A stretch of 64,000 nt of DNA from an uncultured Coriobacteriaceae bacterium (GTDB taxonomy: Bacteria > Actinomycetota > Coriobacteriia > Coriobacteriales > Atopobiaceae): assembly GCA_902773995.1 (NCBI GenBank), contig CACYGL010000003.1, positions 1,986-65,985 of the forward strand, written 5' to 3'. Shown one piece after another: positions 1-8,859 of the stretch (position 1 is its first letter; the number at the start of each line of letters is the position of its first letter). The notes below the pieces were generated by a model. The model did no database searches. It was not told the DNA's origin and worked only from the letters and a program-made list of their open reading frames with translations. The position numbers and the translations under genes were made by a program.

Positions 1-1362
1 CCGGTGCTCCGGCAGGCCATGGCCTTTGTCGGCGCGCTTCTCGCCACGCTTTTGGTCTACCTGGTATCGCGCCGGGCCGGCACCAGCCGAGGGACCGTGG
101 TCCTTGCGGGCGTCGACCGCGTTTCCTTCACGCTGGGCGGGCTCTCGGGCGTTACCTACCAGAGCCTTGCGCTCTGCGTGCCCGCCCTCTTGGTGGCGCT
201 TGCGGCGGGAGCCTACCTCGGTCGCGGCATAGACCTCCTTGCGCTGGGTGACGAGGCCGCGCACGGCCTTGGCCTCGACGTACGCTCCTGCAGACTTGGC
301 ACCATCGCCTGCGCGGCGCTTCTTGCCGCATCGGCCGTCTCGGTCTGCGGGCTTCTCAGCTTTGTGGGCCTCATCGTCCCCAACCTGGTGCGCATGTGGG
401 CACGTCCCACAACCCGTCAGGGGCTCGCTCTCTGCGCCCTATGGGGAGCCGCGCTCCTGGTTGCGTGCGACCTCGTGGCGCGGACCATTGCGTTTCCCTA
501 TGAGCTGCCGGTTGGCCTGGTTCTTGCGCTTCTCGGCGCGCCGTTCTTCATGGCGCTCCTGGCACGGCGCGGGCGCAATCACGGCTCGCACTCCGTGGCG
601 GCGATTGCCGTGAGGGACCTATCGTTTGCGCGCGACGGCGGCTTTACCCTGGCCGTGGACTCGCTCGAGCTCAACGACGGCCAGGTGAGCGCCCTGGTGG
701 GGAAGAACGGCTGTGGCAAGTCCACGCTGCTCCGCTGCCTTGCCGGCGTGCTGCCGCATGGTGGGAGCGTACTTCTGGACGGTGTTGAGCTGGGGGACCT
801 TGGGCACAGGGAGCGCGCACGGCACCTGGCCTACCTGCCACAGGAGCTGGGGTGCCCGCAGATGGACGTCTACACCCTTGCCTGCCACGGGCGCTTTGCC
901 ACGCTTGGCGCCGTGAGGACCTTAGGCGAGAGGGACCGCCGCCTGGTGCGCCAGGCCATGGAGCTCACGGGCGTGTGGGAGCTTCGCGACCGACGCCTCG
1001 CGGACGTCTCTGGCGGTGAGCTTCAGCGCGCCTACCTGGCCATGGTTGTTGCCCAGGACGCGGGCACTCTCCTTCTCGACGAGCCGTCGGCGCACCTGGA
1101 CGCCCACAGGCGCTGGGAGCTCGCAGGCCTGCTGCGCCGCCTTGCGGGAGAGGGACTTGCGGTGGTTGTTGCCACGCATGACGTGGAGTCGGCCTTCTCG
1201 TGTGCCGACAAGGTCTGCCTCATGGTGGACGGCCGGGTGGCTGCCCAGGGCCCGCCAGGCGTCGTGGCGGCAAGCGGGGCGGTGGCCTCGGCGCTTGGGG
1301 TTGGCGTGGCCGAGCAGGACGACCCCAAACTCTTGTGGCGGTATGCGCTCACACGCGCGTGA
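1..1362 (+). CDS. Fused FecCD/BtuC-type ABC permease (C-terminal part; 5' end lies outside the window) and ABC ATPase
   Basis: One frame with no stop codon. Hydrophobic TM segments run up to ...GAPFFMALLARRG. They are followed by Walker A GKNGCGKST, signature SGGELQRA, Walker B LLLDEP and H-loop VATHD. Confidence 0.8.
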   Translation, partial: PVLRQAMAFVGALLATLLVYLVSRRAGTSRGTVVLAGVDRVSFTLGGLSGVTYQSLALCVPALLVALAAGAYLGRGIDLLALGDEAAHGLGLDVRSCRLGTIACAALLAASAVSVCGLLSFVGLIVPNLVRMWARPTTRQGLALCALWGAALLVACDLVARTIAFPYELPVGLVLALLGAPFFMALLARRGRNHGSHSVAAIAVRDLSFARDGGFTLAVDSLELNDGQVSALVGKNGCGKSTLLRCLAGVLPHGGSVLLDGVELGDLGHRERARHLAYLPQELGCPQMDVYTLACHGRFATLGAVRTLGERDRRLVRQAMELTGVWELRDRRLADVSGGELQRAYLAMVVAQDAGTLLLDEPSAHLDAHRRWELAGLLRRLAGEGLAVVVATHDVESAFSCADKVCLMVDGRVAAQGPPGVVAASGAVASALGVGVAEQDDPKLLWRYALTRA

Positions 1363-1420
1363 ACCTGCCCGCGAGACAAGAAAGGACATGCGCCCTCGGG
1401 CGCGGAAGAGAGGGGAGACC

Positions 1421-2497
1421 ATGGGATACGTGCTTGATGGGGAGGGGCTTGACGGGCTGGTTCGCGAGCTTGCCCGCGACTACCTCGTCTTTGCGCCGGT
1501 CCGCAAGGTGGGCGCCGGCCGCTTCACCGACGTGGACCAGGTGATCTACGACTTTGTGGACGACGCGTCACAGATCGAGCTTGACGTCAAGAGCGACTAC
1601 TCGTTCAAGGAGCTGCTCACGCCGCTCTCGCAGACGCTCTTCTACTACACCGAGGACCAGGTGCGCGAGGCGGGCGGCATCGGCGCTGCCGGCGACCCTG
1701 CCCGTGAGGGGGACGCGCGCGACGTCCTCGTGCTCATGCGCGCCTGCGACCTGCATGGCGTCAAGCGCCTCGACGCCATGTACCTGCACAACGGCCCCGA
1801 GGACAGCTTCTATCGGCGCATCCGCGACCGCGTGCACTTTGTGCTTCTCGGCTGCCCGCAGACCTTCGAGCATTGCTTCTGCGTGGACATGGGATCAAAT
1901 GTTGCGCCGGACAACTGGGAGTTCTCGCTCGAGCGCTCGGACGAGGGCTATGCGTGCGCCGTTGCCAACGAGTCGCTCCGCCCGCTCTTCGAGCGCTATG
2001 CTACGGCTAGTCGCGACGTGGTGCCCGCGCACGTCACCCAGAACGAGGTGCACGTGCGCGTTCCCAAGACGGTGCCGCTCGAGCTTCGCACCAGCCCCGT
2101 GTGGGACGAGTACAACCACCGCTGCATTGGCTGCGGCCGCTGCACGCTGGTGTGCCCCACCTGCACCTGCTTCACCATGCAGGACGTTGCCTACACCGAG
2201 AACGGCCGGGTGGGCGAGAGACGCCGCGTGCAGGCCAGCTGCATGATCGACGGCTACTCCACGGTGGCCGGCGGCGCGAGCTACCGCAAGCAGCACGGTG
2301 AGCGCATGCGCTTCAAGGTGCTTCACAAGGTGTACGACTTCCGCCAGCGCTTTGGCTACGACATGTGCGTGGGCTGCGGCCGCTGCGACGACGTCTGCCC
2401 CGAGTACATCAGCTTCGCCGCGTGCGTCAACAAGCTCTCTGACGCCGTGGACGAGTGGGACGCCCAGCATGAGGGGAGCGTGGCCCGTGATGCCTAG
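1421..2497 (+). CDS. asrA: Anaerobic sulfite reductase subunit A
   Basis: ATG 1421 follows a GAGAGGGGAG RBS; the ORF-track start at 1016 overlaps the upstream gene. Two ferredoxin-type Cys clusters are present (CIGCGRCTLVCPTC, CVGCGRCDDVCPE). asrB and asrC follow in canonical order. Confidence 0.85.
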   Translation: MGYVLDGEGLDGLVRELARDYLVFAPVRKVGAGRFTDVDQVIYDFVDDASQIELDVKSDYSFKELLTPLSQTLFYYTEDQVREAGGIGAAGDPAREGDARDVLVLMRACDLHGVKRLDAMYLHNGPEDSFYRRIRDRVHFVLLGCPQTFEHCFCVDMGSNVAPDNWEFSLERSDEGYACAVANESLRPLFERYATASRDVVPAHVTQNEVHVRVPKTVPLELRTSPVWDEYNHRCIGCGRCTLVCPTCTCFTMQDVAYTENGRVGERRRVQASCMIDGYSTVAGGASYRKQHGERMRFKVLHKVYDFRQRFGYDMCVGCGRCDDVCPEYISFAACVNKLSDAVDEWDAQHEGSVARDA

Positions 2498-3287
2498 CAA
2501 CAACCCGTACATACCCTTCTCCTCCAAGGTGCTCGAGGTCATCAAGCACACCGAGAAGGAATACACCTTCCGCATGGCCTTTGAGGGCGAGGTGCGCCCC
2601 GGCCAGTTCTTCGAGGTCTCGGTCCCCAAGTACGGCGAGGCACCCATCAGCGTGAGCGGCATCGTGCCCGGCGAGTCGGTCGACCTCACCATCCGCCGCG
2701 TGGGCGTGGTGACCAACGAGGTCTTCGAGGCCTACGAGGGCGAGAACCTCCTCCTGCGCGGCCCCTACGGCAATGGCTTCGAGGTGGAGCGCTACCTCGA
2801 CGGCGAGTGCGTTGTTGTGGCCGGCGGCACGGGCGTGAGCCCCGTGCGCGGCGTCGTGGAGGCGCTGGCCGCAAGCGCCACGCCGCAGGACAAACACGTG
2901 ATCGTGGGCTTCCGCAGCCCCAACGACCTGCTCTTCCGCGACGACCTTGCACGCTGGGAGAACCTCGTTGACCTCATCCTCACGGTGGACGGCGCGCCCG
3001 AGGGCTACCAGGGCAACGTTGGCTTGGTGACCAAGTACATTCCCGACCTCCCGCTGCGAGACCCATCCACGGCGCAGGCCATCGTGGTGGGACCGCCGCC
3101 CATGATGCGCTTCTCGGTGAAGGGCCTTCTCGAGCTTGGCCTTGCCGAGGAGAACATCTGGGTGAGCCAGGAGCGAAAGATGTGCTGCGGCCTGGGCAAG
3201 TGCGGCCACTGCCGCATTGGCGAGAAGTACGTGTGCCTGGACGGGCCCGTCTTCAACTACACCCAGAGCAAGCAGTTGCTGGACTAG
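2491..3287 (+). CDS. asrB: Anaerobic sulfite reductase subunit B (flavin reductase-type, 2Fe-2S)
   Basis: ATG 2491 overlaps the asrA stop. Ferredoxin-reductase motifs RPGQFFEVS and VVAGGTGVSP are present, with the C-terminal cluster CCGLGKCGHC. Confidence 0.85.
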
Positions 3288-3296
3288 GAGGCCGCC

Positions 3297-4286
3297 ATGA
3301 TTCAGGACATCGACGTCAAGGCCATGAAGAAGAACGCGTTCCGCGTGAGCAAGGAGCGCGGGATGACCGCCAGCCGCGTGCGCGTGCCCGGCGGCCTCGT
3401 GAGCGCCAAGAGCATGGCGCGCATCGTGGAGATCGCCGAGGAGTACGGCAGGGGGGAGATCTTCCTCACCAACCGCCAGGGAGTGGAGATCCCGGGCATC
3501 CACATGGAGGACATGCCCAAGGTAAACGAGAAGCTCAAGACCATCATCGAAGACACCAAGATCAACCAGGAGGACACCTCCCAGGGCTATCTTGCCAGCG
3601 GCACGCGCAACGTGGTCGCCTGCCCCGGCAAGCGCCTGTGCCCGTTTGGCTGCTACGACACCACCGCCTTCGCGCAGCGCATGGACCACGAGATCTTCCC
3701 CAACAACCGGCACGTGAAGGTGGCCTTCACCGGGTGCTCAAACGACTGCGCTCACGTGGCCCTGAACGACTTTGGCATCATCGGCATGACCGAGCCCCAG
3801 TACGACCCCAACCGCTGCATTGGCTGCGGGCAGTGCGTGGACTGGTGCCAGAGACGCTCGGTGAGCGCGCTCAGGCTCGAGAAGGGCAAGGTCGTGCGCG
3901 ACGAGGACCGCTGCATAGGCTGCGGCGTGTGCGTGGTCTACTGCCCCACGCGCGCCTGGACCCGCAGCCCCGAGCACTACTTCCGCGTCAAGATCATGGG
4001 CCGCACGGGCAAGCAGAACCCGCGGCTTGCGCAGGACTGGCTGCGCTGGGTGGACGAGGACTCCATCGTGAAGATCGTGAAGAACACCTACGCCTTCATC
4101 GAGGAGTACATCGACCCCAACGCGCCCGAGGGCAAGGAGCACATCGGCTACATCGTCGACCGCGTTGGCTTCGACGAGTTCTGCGAGTGGGCGCTCAAGG
4201 ATGTCGAGCTTCCCGAGAAGTGCCAGCGCGCCACGCGCGTGTACTGGGACACCAAGCGCTACGACCGCGACAACAACCTGCGATGA
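3297..4286 (+). CDS. asrC: Anaerobic sulfite reductase subunit C (siroheme/4Fe-4S)
   Basis: Nitrite/sulfite reductase-like sequence carrying two inserted ferredoxin motifs (CIGCGQCVDWC, CIGCGVCVVYCP). It is the third gene of the asrABC arrangement. Confidence 0.85.
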   Translation: MIQDIDVKAMKKNAFRVSKERGMTASRVRVPGGLVSAKSMARIVEIAEEYGRGEIFLTNRQGVEIPGIHMEDMPKVNEKLKTIIEDTKINQEDTSQGYLASGTRNVVACPGKRLCPFGCYDTTAFAQRMDHEIFPNNRHVKVAFTGCSNDCAHVALNDFGIIGMTEPQYDPNRCIGCGQCVDWCQRRSVSALRLEKGKVVRDEDRCIGCGVCVVYCPTRAWTRSPEHYFRVKIMGRTGKQNPRLAQDWLRWVDEDSIVKIVKNTYAFIEEYIDPNAPEGKEHIGYIVDRVGFDEFCEWALKDVELPEKCQRATRVYWDTKRYDRDNNLR

Positions 4287-4350
4287 GACAAAGGGAGTTT
4301 CCCTTTGTCTCATTCAACAAGAGGGGCGCCTGCGCGGGCGCCCCTCTTTT
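4284..4350. terminator. Two hairpins between convergent asrC and metG
   Basis: First hairpin: TGAGACAAAGGGA-GTT-TCCCTTTGTCTCA (4284-4312). Second hairpin: AGAGGGGCGCC-TGCGC-GGGCGCCCCTCT (4320-4347), followed by TTTT. Confidence 0.7.
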
Positions 4351-4356
4351 CTCGTC

Positions 4357-6402
4357 CTATTTCTGGCTCGGGTGCTTCTCGAAGAAGTCGAAGCGCGGCG
4401 GTAGCTCGGGCAGCGCGTGCTCGGCGGGGTTCTCGCCAAGCGCCTGCGCCAGCTCGCCGGGGGTTTCGAACGCATGCTCCCATGAGAAGAAGTCCTCGGC
4501 CGCAAAGCCCAGGTGCTCGCAGATCTTCTCGCAGCCGGCGGGTACCGCAGGATGCATGAGCAGAGTCACGGTGCGCAGCGCGGCAAAGGCATTTGCCAGC
4601 GCGTGCTCGTAGGCTGCGTCGTCGCCCTTGGCGGCCTTGGACTCGTCGCCCCAGCGGCGGTTGGCGTCGCGGCAGAAGTCCTCGGCCACGGCCAGCGCGC
4701 CGTGGGCGTCGAAGGCGTGGGCGCAGCGCTCGTAGGCAAGCGTTGCCTTGCGGCAGGCGTCCAGTACGTCGGCATCCGCCTCCACCGCAGGCAGGTGCCC
4801 CGCGCAGACGTTCTGTGCGCCGTAGATGCAGCTCCTGGCCAGGCGGTTGAAGATGTTGGTGAGGAAGGCGCTCTCCTTGAGGGCTGGGTCAACCACGCGC
4901 GGATCGTCCTTCACCAGGACGTCCTCGCCGGTAGCCTTGTCCTTGTGGCTCACGGAGGTGTCGTAGGGCTTGGGCGAGAAGCTCACGGCCTTCTGGTCCA
5001 GGCCCAGGCTCAGCCAGTGGCAACGCAGTTGCTCGGCGGTGTAGTGGTCGAGAAGCTCGGCTGCCATGGGCGGACGGATCTTGCCCGAGCTGGAGGCCTT
5101 CTTGTTCATGAACAGGATGTGGTAGTTGGCCACGGGCGTATCCTGGAAGAGGCCCCAGTCGAGCGCGTCCCACAGCGCGGGCTGTGCCACGCAGTAGAAG
5201 TAGATGTTGTCTTGGCCAATGAACTGGTAGACCTTGGCGTCGTCGGCGCACCACCAGTCGCGCCAGTCGTCGGACGAGAAGCGCGTGCCGCCGTCCTTCT
5301 CGTCCAGCGCAAGCGCGGTCTGCGTGAAGCTGATGGGAGCCCAGAGGCTCTCGGGCCAACACCACACGGTGAGGCCGCTCGTGTCCTCAAGCTCGGGCGC
5401 GGGCACGCCCCACTCGATGTTGCCGGTGATGCGGAAGGGCAGAAGTGTCTTGCCCGTGCGGAAGCGCACGCCAGCCGCCTCCAGGATGGCGCGGGCGTCG
5501 TCGCGGTCGCGCCAGTTGGCAAACTCCACAGAGAAGGACTGCTGGCCCTTCTCGGCCTCGTGGAGCTGGTGGGCGGGGAGCTTTTCCTCCACCGCATTGA
5601 AGCTCTCGCGGAACTTGTCCTGGATGTAGACCACGGGCGGGACGAGAGACTCGCGCACTGTCTTGGTGACAATGGGCCTTACCTGTGGGTCTACGTCCCA
5701 CTCGTCCATGAGCTCCTTGAGCTGCGACTCAAAGGCGGGCAGGTCGAAGTACCAGTTGTCAACGGGGCGCAGCTCGGGCGTGGTGCCGGTGAGCGCCGAG
5801 ACGGGGTTGATGAGCTCCTCGGGGTCAAACTGGTGGCCCAGGTCGCACTCGTCGGCGTAGGCCTTCTCGGATTTGCAGCCGCGCACGGGGCAGCGACCAA
5901 TGACCTGGCGCCCGTTCAGGAACTGGCCGGCCTTGACGTCGTAGAACTGGCGGGTGCTCATCTTGTGCAGGTAGCCGCGCTCGTGGAGGCGGCGCAGGAC
6001 CTCGGCGGTGAGACGGGCGTGGAAGTCGCGCGCCGGCTCCAAGCCGGAGCCCGCAAAGAGATCGAGCGAGATGCCATAGGCGTCGAGCGCCGCCTTCTGG
6101 GCGTCGTGGTTGGCCTGGACGTAGTCGGTAATGGTGCCCTGGTAGCCCTCCTGCTCCACCTTCTTGCGGTAGCCCTCCATGATGGGCGAGCCGTAGCAGT
6201 CCGTACCCGAGACAAAGATCACGTTCTTGCTGCCAATGCGGTCGCGCAGGAAGCGCGCGAAGAAGTCCGCGGGCACAAAGACGCCGCCGATGTGGCCAAA
6301 GTGCAGGTTCTTGTTGCCGTACGGCATGCCCCCGGTAATGACGGCGCGGGCGGGGAAGCTCGGGCGGTCTTGCTCCGGGACGTTCTGGGAATTGTCTGCC
6401 AT
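4357..6402 (-). CDS. metG: Methionine--tRNA ligase
   Basis: ATG at 6402 follows a GAGGGAG RBS; the ORF-track start at 6468 adds 22 unlikely residues. The class I HIGH-type motif LHFGHIGG is present, and the 681-aa sequence looks MetRS-like throughout. Confidence 0.9.
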   Translation of the reverse strand: MADNSQNVPEQDRPSFPARAVITGGMPYGNKNLHFGHIGGVFVPADFFARFLRDRIGSKNVIFVSGTDCYGSPIMEGYRKKVEQEGYQGTITDYVQANHDAQKAALDAYGISLDLFAGSGLEPARDFHARLTAEVLRRLHERGYLHKMSTRQFYDVKAGQFLNGRQVIGRCPVRGCKSEKAYADECDLGHQFDPEELINPVSALTGTTPELRPVDNWYFDLPAFESQLKELMDEWDVDPQVRPIVTKTVRESLVPPVVYIQDKFRESFNAVEEKLPAHQLHEAEKGQQSFSVEFANWRDRDDARAILEAAGVRFRTGKTLLPFRITGNIEWGVPAPELEDTSGLTVWCWPESLWAPISFTQTALALDEKDGGTRFSSDDWRDWWCADDAKVYQFIGQDNIYFYCVAQPALWDALDWGLFQDTPVANYHILFMNKKASSSGKIRPPMAAELLDHYTAEQLRCHWLSLGLDQKAVSFSPKPYDTSVSHKDKATGEDVLVKDDPRVVDPALKESAFLTNIFNRLARSCIYGAQNVCAGHLPAVEADADVLDACRKATLAYERCAHAFDAHGALAVAEDFCRDANRRWGDESKAAKGDDAAYEHALANAFAALRTVTLLMHPAVPAGCEKICEHLGFAAEDFFSWEHAFETPGELAQALGENPAEHALPELPPRFDFFEKHPSQK

Positions 6403-6582
6403 GTGGGACGTGCTCCCTCTTGGTCGTGGTGGTGCAGGTGACGCCTGCTGGCGTGACGCGCACGCCATGGGCCACGTGATTATCCCACAACGCGCGTACG
6501 CGCGGGTGGTCTGGCGGGTACGTTAAAGAGTGCGACCGAGTGCGGCGAGAGGGGCTAGGGGCGAGAGAGGAAAGGGGGAGGT

Positions 6583-7230
6583 ATGAGCGTCGAGAAGGTC
6601 ATAGTCGCGGAGCCGCTGCTGTGGGGCGGTCAGGGCTTTGCCATGTTTGGACCCTGGCACCTGCTCTGGCTTGCTGTCTGCGCGGCGGTCATCGCGCTTC
6701 TCGTCCATGGCTATCGGAGCCTTCCCGCAGACGACTCCTGGCACGGCGGCAGGCGTTGGCTCGTCCTTGTTGCCGCCATCGTCCCCAACGCGTTGCTGCT
6801 GTGGGGAGACGTGCTCAAGGTGCGGACGGGGACCTTCTCGCCCAACTGGTGGCCGCTCCACCTGTGCAACATCGCCGAGTACATCTGCCTGTGGCATGCG
6901 CTCGCCCCGTCGCGCGTGACTCGCGAGCTGCTGCTCTGCTTTGGCCTCACCGGCGGCCTCTGCGCCATGCTCTTCCCCGGTTGGACGTGGATTTCGCTGA
7001 CGGGCTCCGTGCTCTACCTGGTCTTCTTTAGGTGGTTTAACGGAGTGTTTGGTACCAACTTTGGTTTTGTGACAAGCCCGGCCGCTGGCTCGCCGCTCGA
7101 GTGGTGGGAGCGCGCCTTTGGCAACCCCGGTTACCTCGTGCCGTATATGGCGTCGTTCGTGGTGGCGGTTGTGTTGCTGCACGCATGGCAAGCCTTGCGG
7201 CGGCGCAGCGTAGAAGGAGACGCGTCGTGA
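6583..7230 (+). CDS. Polytopic membrane protein, YwaF/TIGR02206-like
   Basis: ATG follows a GGGGGAGG RBS. Several TM helices are present and the sequence resembles the YwaF family from memory. The family assignment is not verified. Confidence 0.55.
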   Translation: MSVEKVIVAEPLLWGGQGFAMFGPWHLLWLAVCAAVIALLVHGYRSLPADDSWHGGRRWLVLVAAIVPNALLLWGDVLKVRTGTFSPNWWPLHLCNIAEYICLWHALAPSRVTRELLLCFGLTGGLCAMLFPGWTWISLTGSVLYLVFFRWFNGVFGTNFGFVTSPAAGSPLEWWERAFGNPGYLVPYMASFVVAVVLLHAWQALRRRSVEGDAS

Positions 7231-7778
7231 GGAGCGTTGCGCATCTTGACATCCTGGGTGACACGCCGCTTACGCGCCGCGTGGTGACCCTCTCGGCAGC
7301 AATTCTCATCGTGGGCCTTCTGGGCGAAATCTATCTTGCGGTGACACGTGGGTGGGGCATGGCCGTTGGCGCGTGGATGGCCGTCTACGTGGTGGCGACG
7401 GTTGTGGCGCTGCCCATCCACGAGCTTGTCCACGCGGCGGCGTTTCTGCTGCTGGGACGCGGCCGGGTGCGCATTCGCTTTGGCTACGAAACGGGGATGC
7501 TCTACACCCGCGCCGAGGGCGAGCCGCTCACGCGCGGTCGCTTCGTGGCGGTGCTGCTCGCGCCATCGGTGCTTGTCACGGCGGCGTTGGTCCTGGTGGG
7601 CAATGCGGTTGCTGGGCCTGCTCTTGCCTGGGCGCTTGCGTGGACGCACCTCTCGGGGTGCGCCGGCGACCTGGCCATGGTTGCGGGTATTGCTCGCACG
7701 CCCGATTGCACGCACGTGCGCGACTCGGACACGGGCGTGGAGCTTCTCGCCAATGACGACGATGGTGACGGCGCATAG
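7227..7778 (+). CDS. DUF3267-like putative membrane zincin peptidase
   Basis: GTG 7227 overlaps the upstream stop (GTGA) and follows a GAAGGAGA RBS. The HExxH motif (IHELVHAAAF) is embedded in TM helices. Confidence 0.6.
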   Translation: MRSVAHLDILGDTPLTRRVVTLSAAILIVGLLGEIYLAVTRGWGMAVGAWMAVYVVATVVALPIHELVHAAAFLLLGRGRVRIRFGYETGMLYTRAEGEPLTRGRFVAVLLAPSVLVTAALVLVGNAVAGPALAWALAWTHLSGCAGDLAMVAGIARTPDCTHVRDSDTGVELLANDDDGDGA

Positions 7779-7779
7779 C

Positions 7780-7885
7780 TGCAAATTCCAATCGGTTAGG
7801 GTGCTCTAACCAAACTAATAATGCAGGTACCTTGGCATCGTGCAAATTTCGATTGTTTAGCCCCCTCTAACCAATCGAAAAATGC
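7780..7885 (+). repeat. Hairpin doublet: two 45-nt direct repeats 61 bp apart, the second a near-perfect hairpin
   Basis: The copies at 7780-7824 and 7841-7885 are identical at 34 of 45 positions (hand alignment). In the second copy TTTCGATTG pairs with CAATCGAAA, and TTAG pairs with CTAA around the loop CCCCCT. Confidence 0.8.
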
Positions 7886-8031
7886 TTGGACGAGAAGAAC
7901 GTCGTGGCCAGCGCTGCGGAGGATCGTGGCGCCATCACCTTACGTTCTCTTTGCGTGCTTCTCGCCGCAAGCTTGCCCTGGCTGCACTATCGTATGCGGG
8001 GCAAACTTTTTGGCGGAACGCAGGGACCGGG

Positions 8032-8859
8032 ATGATACGAGCAAACTTCCACACGCACACGACGCTCTGCGACGGCAAGAACACGCCGCAGGAGATGGCC
8101 AAGGCAGGCTTTGACAAGGGCCTTCTCGCCCTTGGCTTCTCGGGTCACATGGATCAGGACGTCCATATGGACTGGGACATCTACGTGGCCCAGATCGGCC
8201 GCCTCAAGGACGAGTACCGCGGACGCATGGACATCCTCATGGGCGTGGAGTTGGACACGCTCTACGAACCCGCGTGCTGCCCCGGCGCGGAGTTCCGGAT
8301 TGGCTCGACCCACTTCCTCGACGTCGACGTGCCGTGTGACACAGCGGTCGACTGGACTCCCAAGAGGCTCGAGACCCTGTGCCTCGAGGCGTTTGGTGGC
8401 AACTGGATGGCGCTTGTCCGTGCCTACTACGAGCTGGAGGCTACGACGCACGACCGTACGGAATGCACCTTCGTTGGCCACTTCGACCTGGTGAGCAAGT
8501 TCAACGAGGGCGGAAAGTACTTTGACGAGACGTCCAAGGAATATCTTGACCCGGCGCTCGAGGCCATGGAGTACCTGGTGGGAGAGGGCGTGCCCTTCGA
8601 GGTCAACTGCGGTGCCCTCGCGCGCGGCATTCGCAGCCAGCCCTATCCGCGTCGCGAGCTCCTCAGCGCATTGCACGAGATGGGCGGTCAAATCCTTGTG
8701 AACTCCGACGCCCACAGCGCGGATGCGCTCTGCGGCGGGCTGGACGATGGCGCGCGCTTTGCAGCGTCATGCGGATTCACGAGCGCGCTCGTCCTCGGGC
8801 ATGACGCGCGCGGCGAGGTCGTGATGCGCGAGGTGCCGCTGGGGGAGGGCGCTCAGTGA
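8032..8859 (+). CDS. PHP-family histidinol-phosphatase-like protein (HisJ family)
   Basis: Starts MIRANFHTHTTLCDG (PHP metal-binding HxH). A later NSDAHS motif is present. Confidence 0.75.
   Translation: MIRANFHTHTTLCDGKNTPQEMAKAGFDKGLLALGFSGHMDQDVHMDWDIYVAQIGRLKDEYRGRMDILMGVELDTLYEPACCPGAEFRIGSTHFLDVDVPCDTAVDWTPKRLETLCLEAFGGNWMALVRAYYELEATTHDRTECTFVGHFDLVSKFNEGGKYFDETSKEYLDPALEAMEYLVGEGVPFEVNCGALARGIRSQPYPRRELLSALHEMGGQILVNSDAHSADALCGGLDDGARFAASCGFTSALVLGHDARGEVVMREVPLGEGAQ

Noticed and set aside
1016-1420. N-terminal extensions suggested by the ORF track for asrA (1016), asrB (2298), recJ (17530), lysA (40149), the PHP phosphatase (7882), DUF3267 (7101), DUF1648 (49430), addA (58107) and others.
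   Set aside because: The extensions overlap the preceding genes, are Arg/Pro-rich and lack RBSs. Internal starts with good Shine-Dalgarno sequences and family-typical N-termini were chosen instead.
6403-6582. A T-box leader upstream of metG.
   Set aside because: On the minus strand I find no specifier-loop/AGAGA/T-box (GGUGGUACCGCG-like) sequence. GGGTGGTCTGGCGGG occurs only on the wrong strand. The putative 5' UTR is only about 85 nt.
7780-7885. A mini CRISPR array (about 36-nt repeat plus about 25-nt spacer, 61-bp period). The same question arises at 44058-44170.
   Set aside because: Each locus has only two copies, and they are only about 75% identical. The repeats differ between the loci. 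No cas genes are in the window. The second copy is a long self-complementary hairpin that extends into what would be the spacer.
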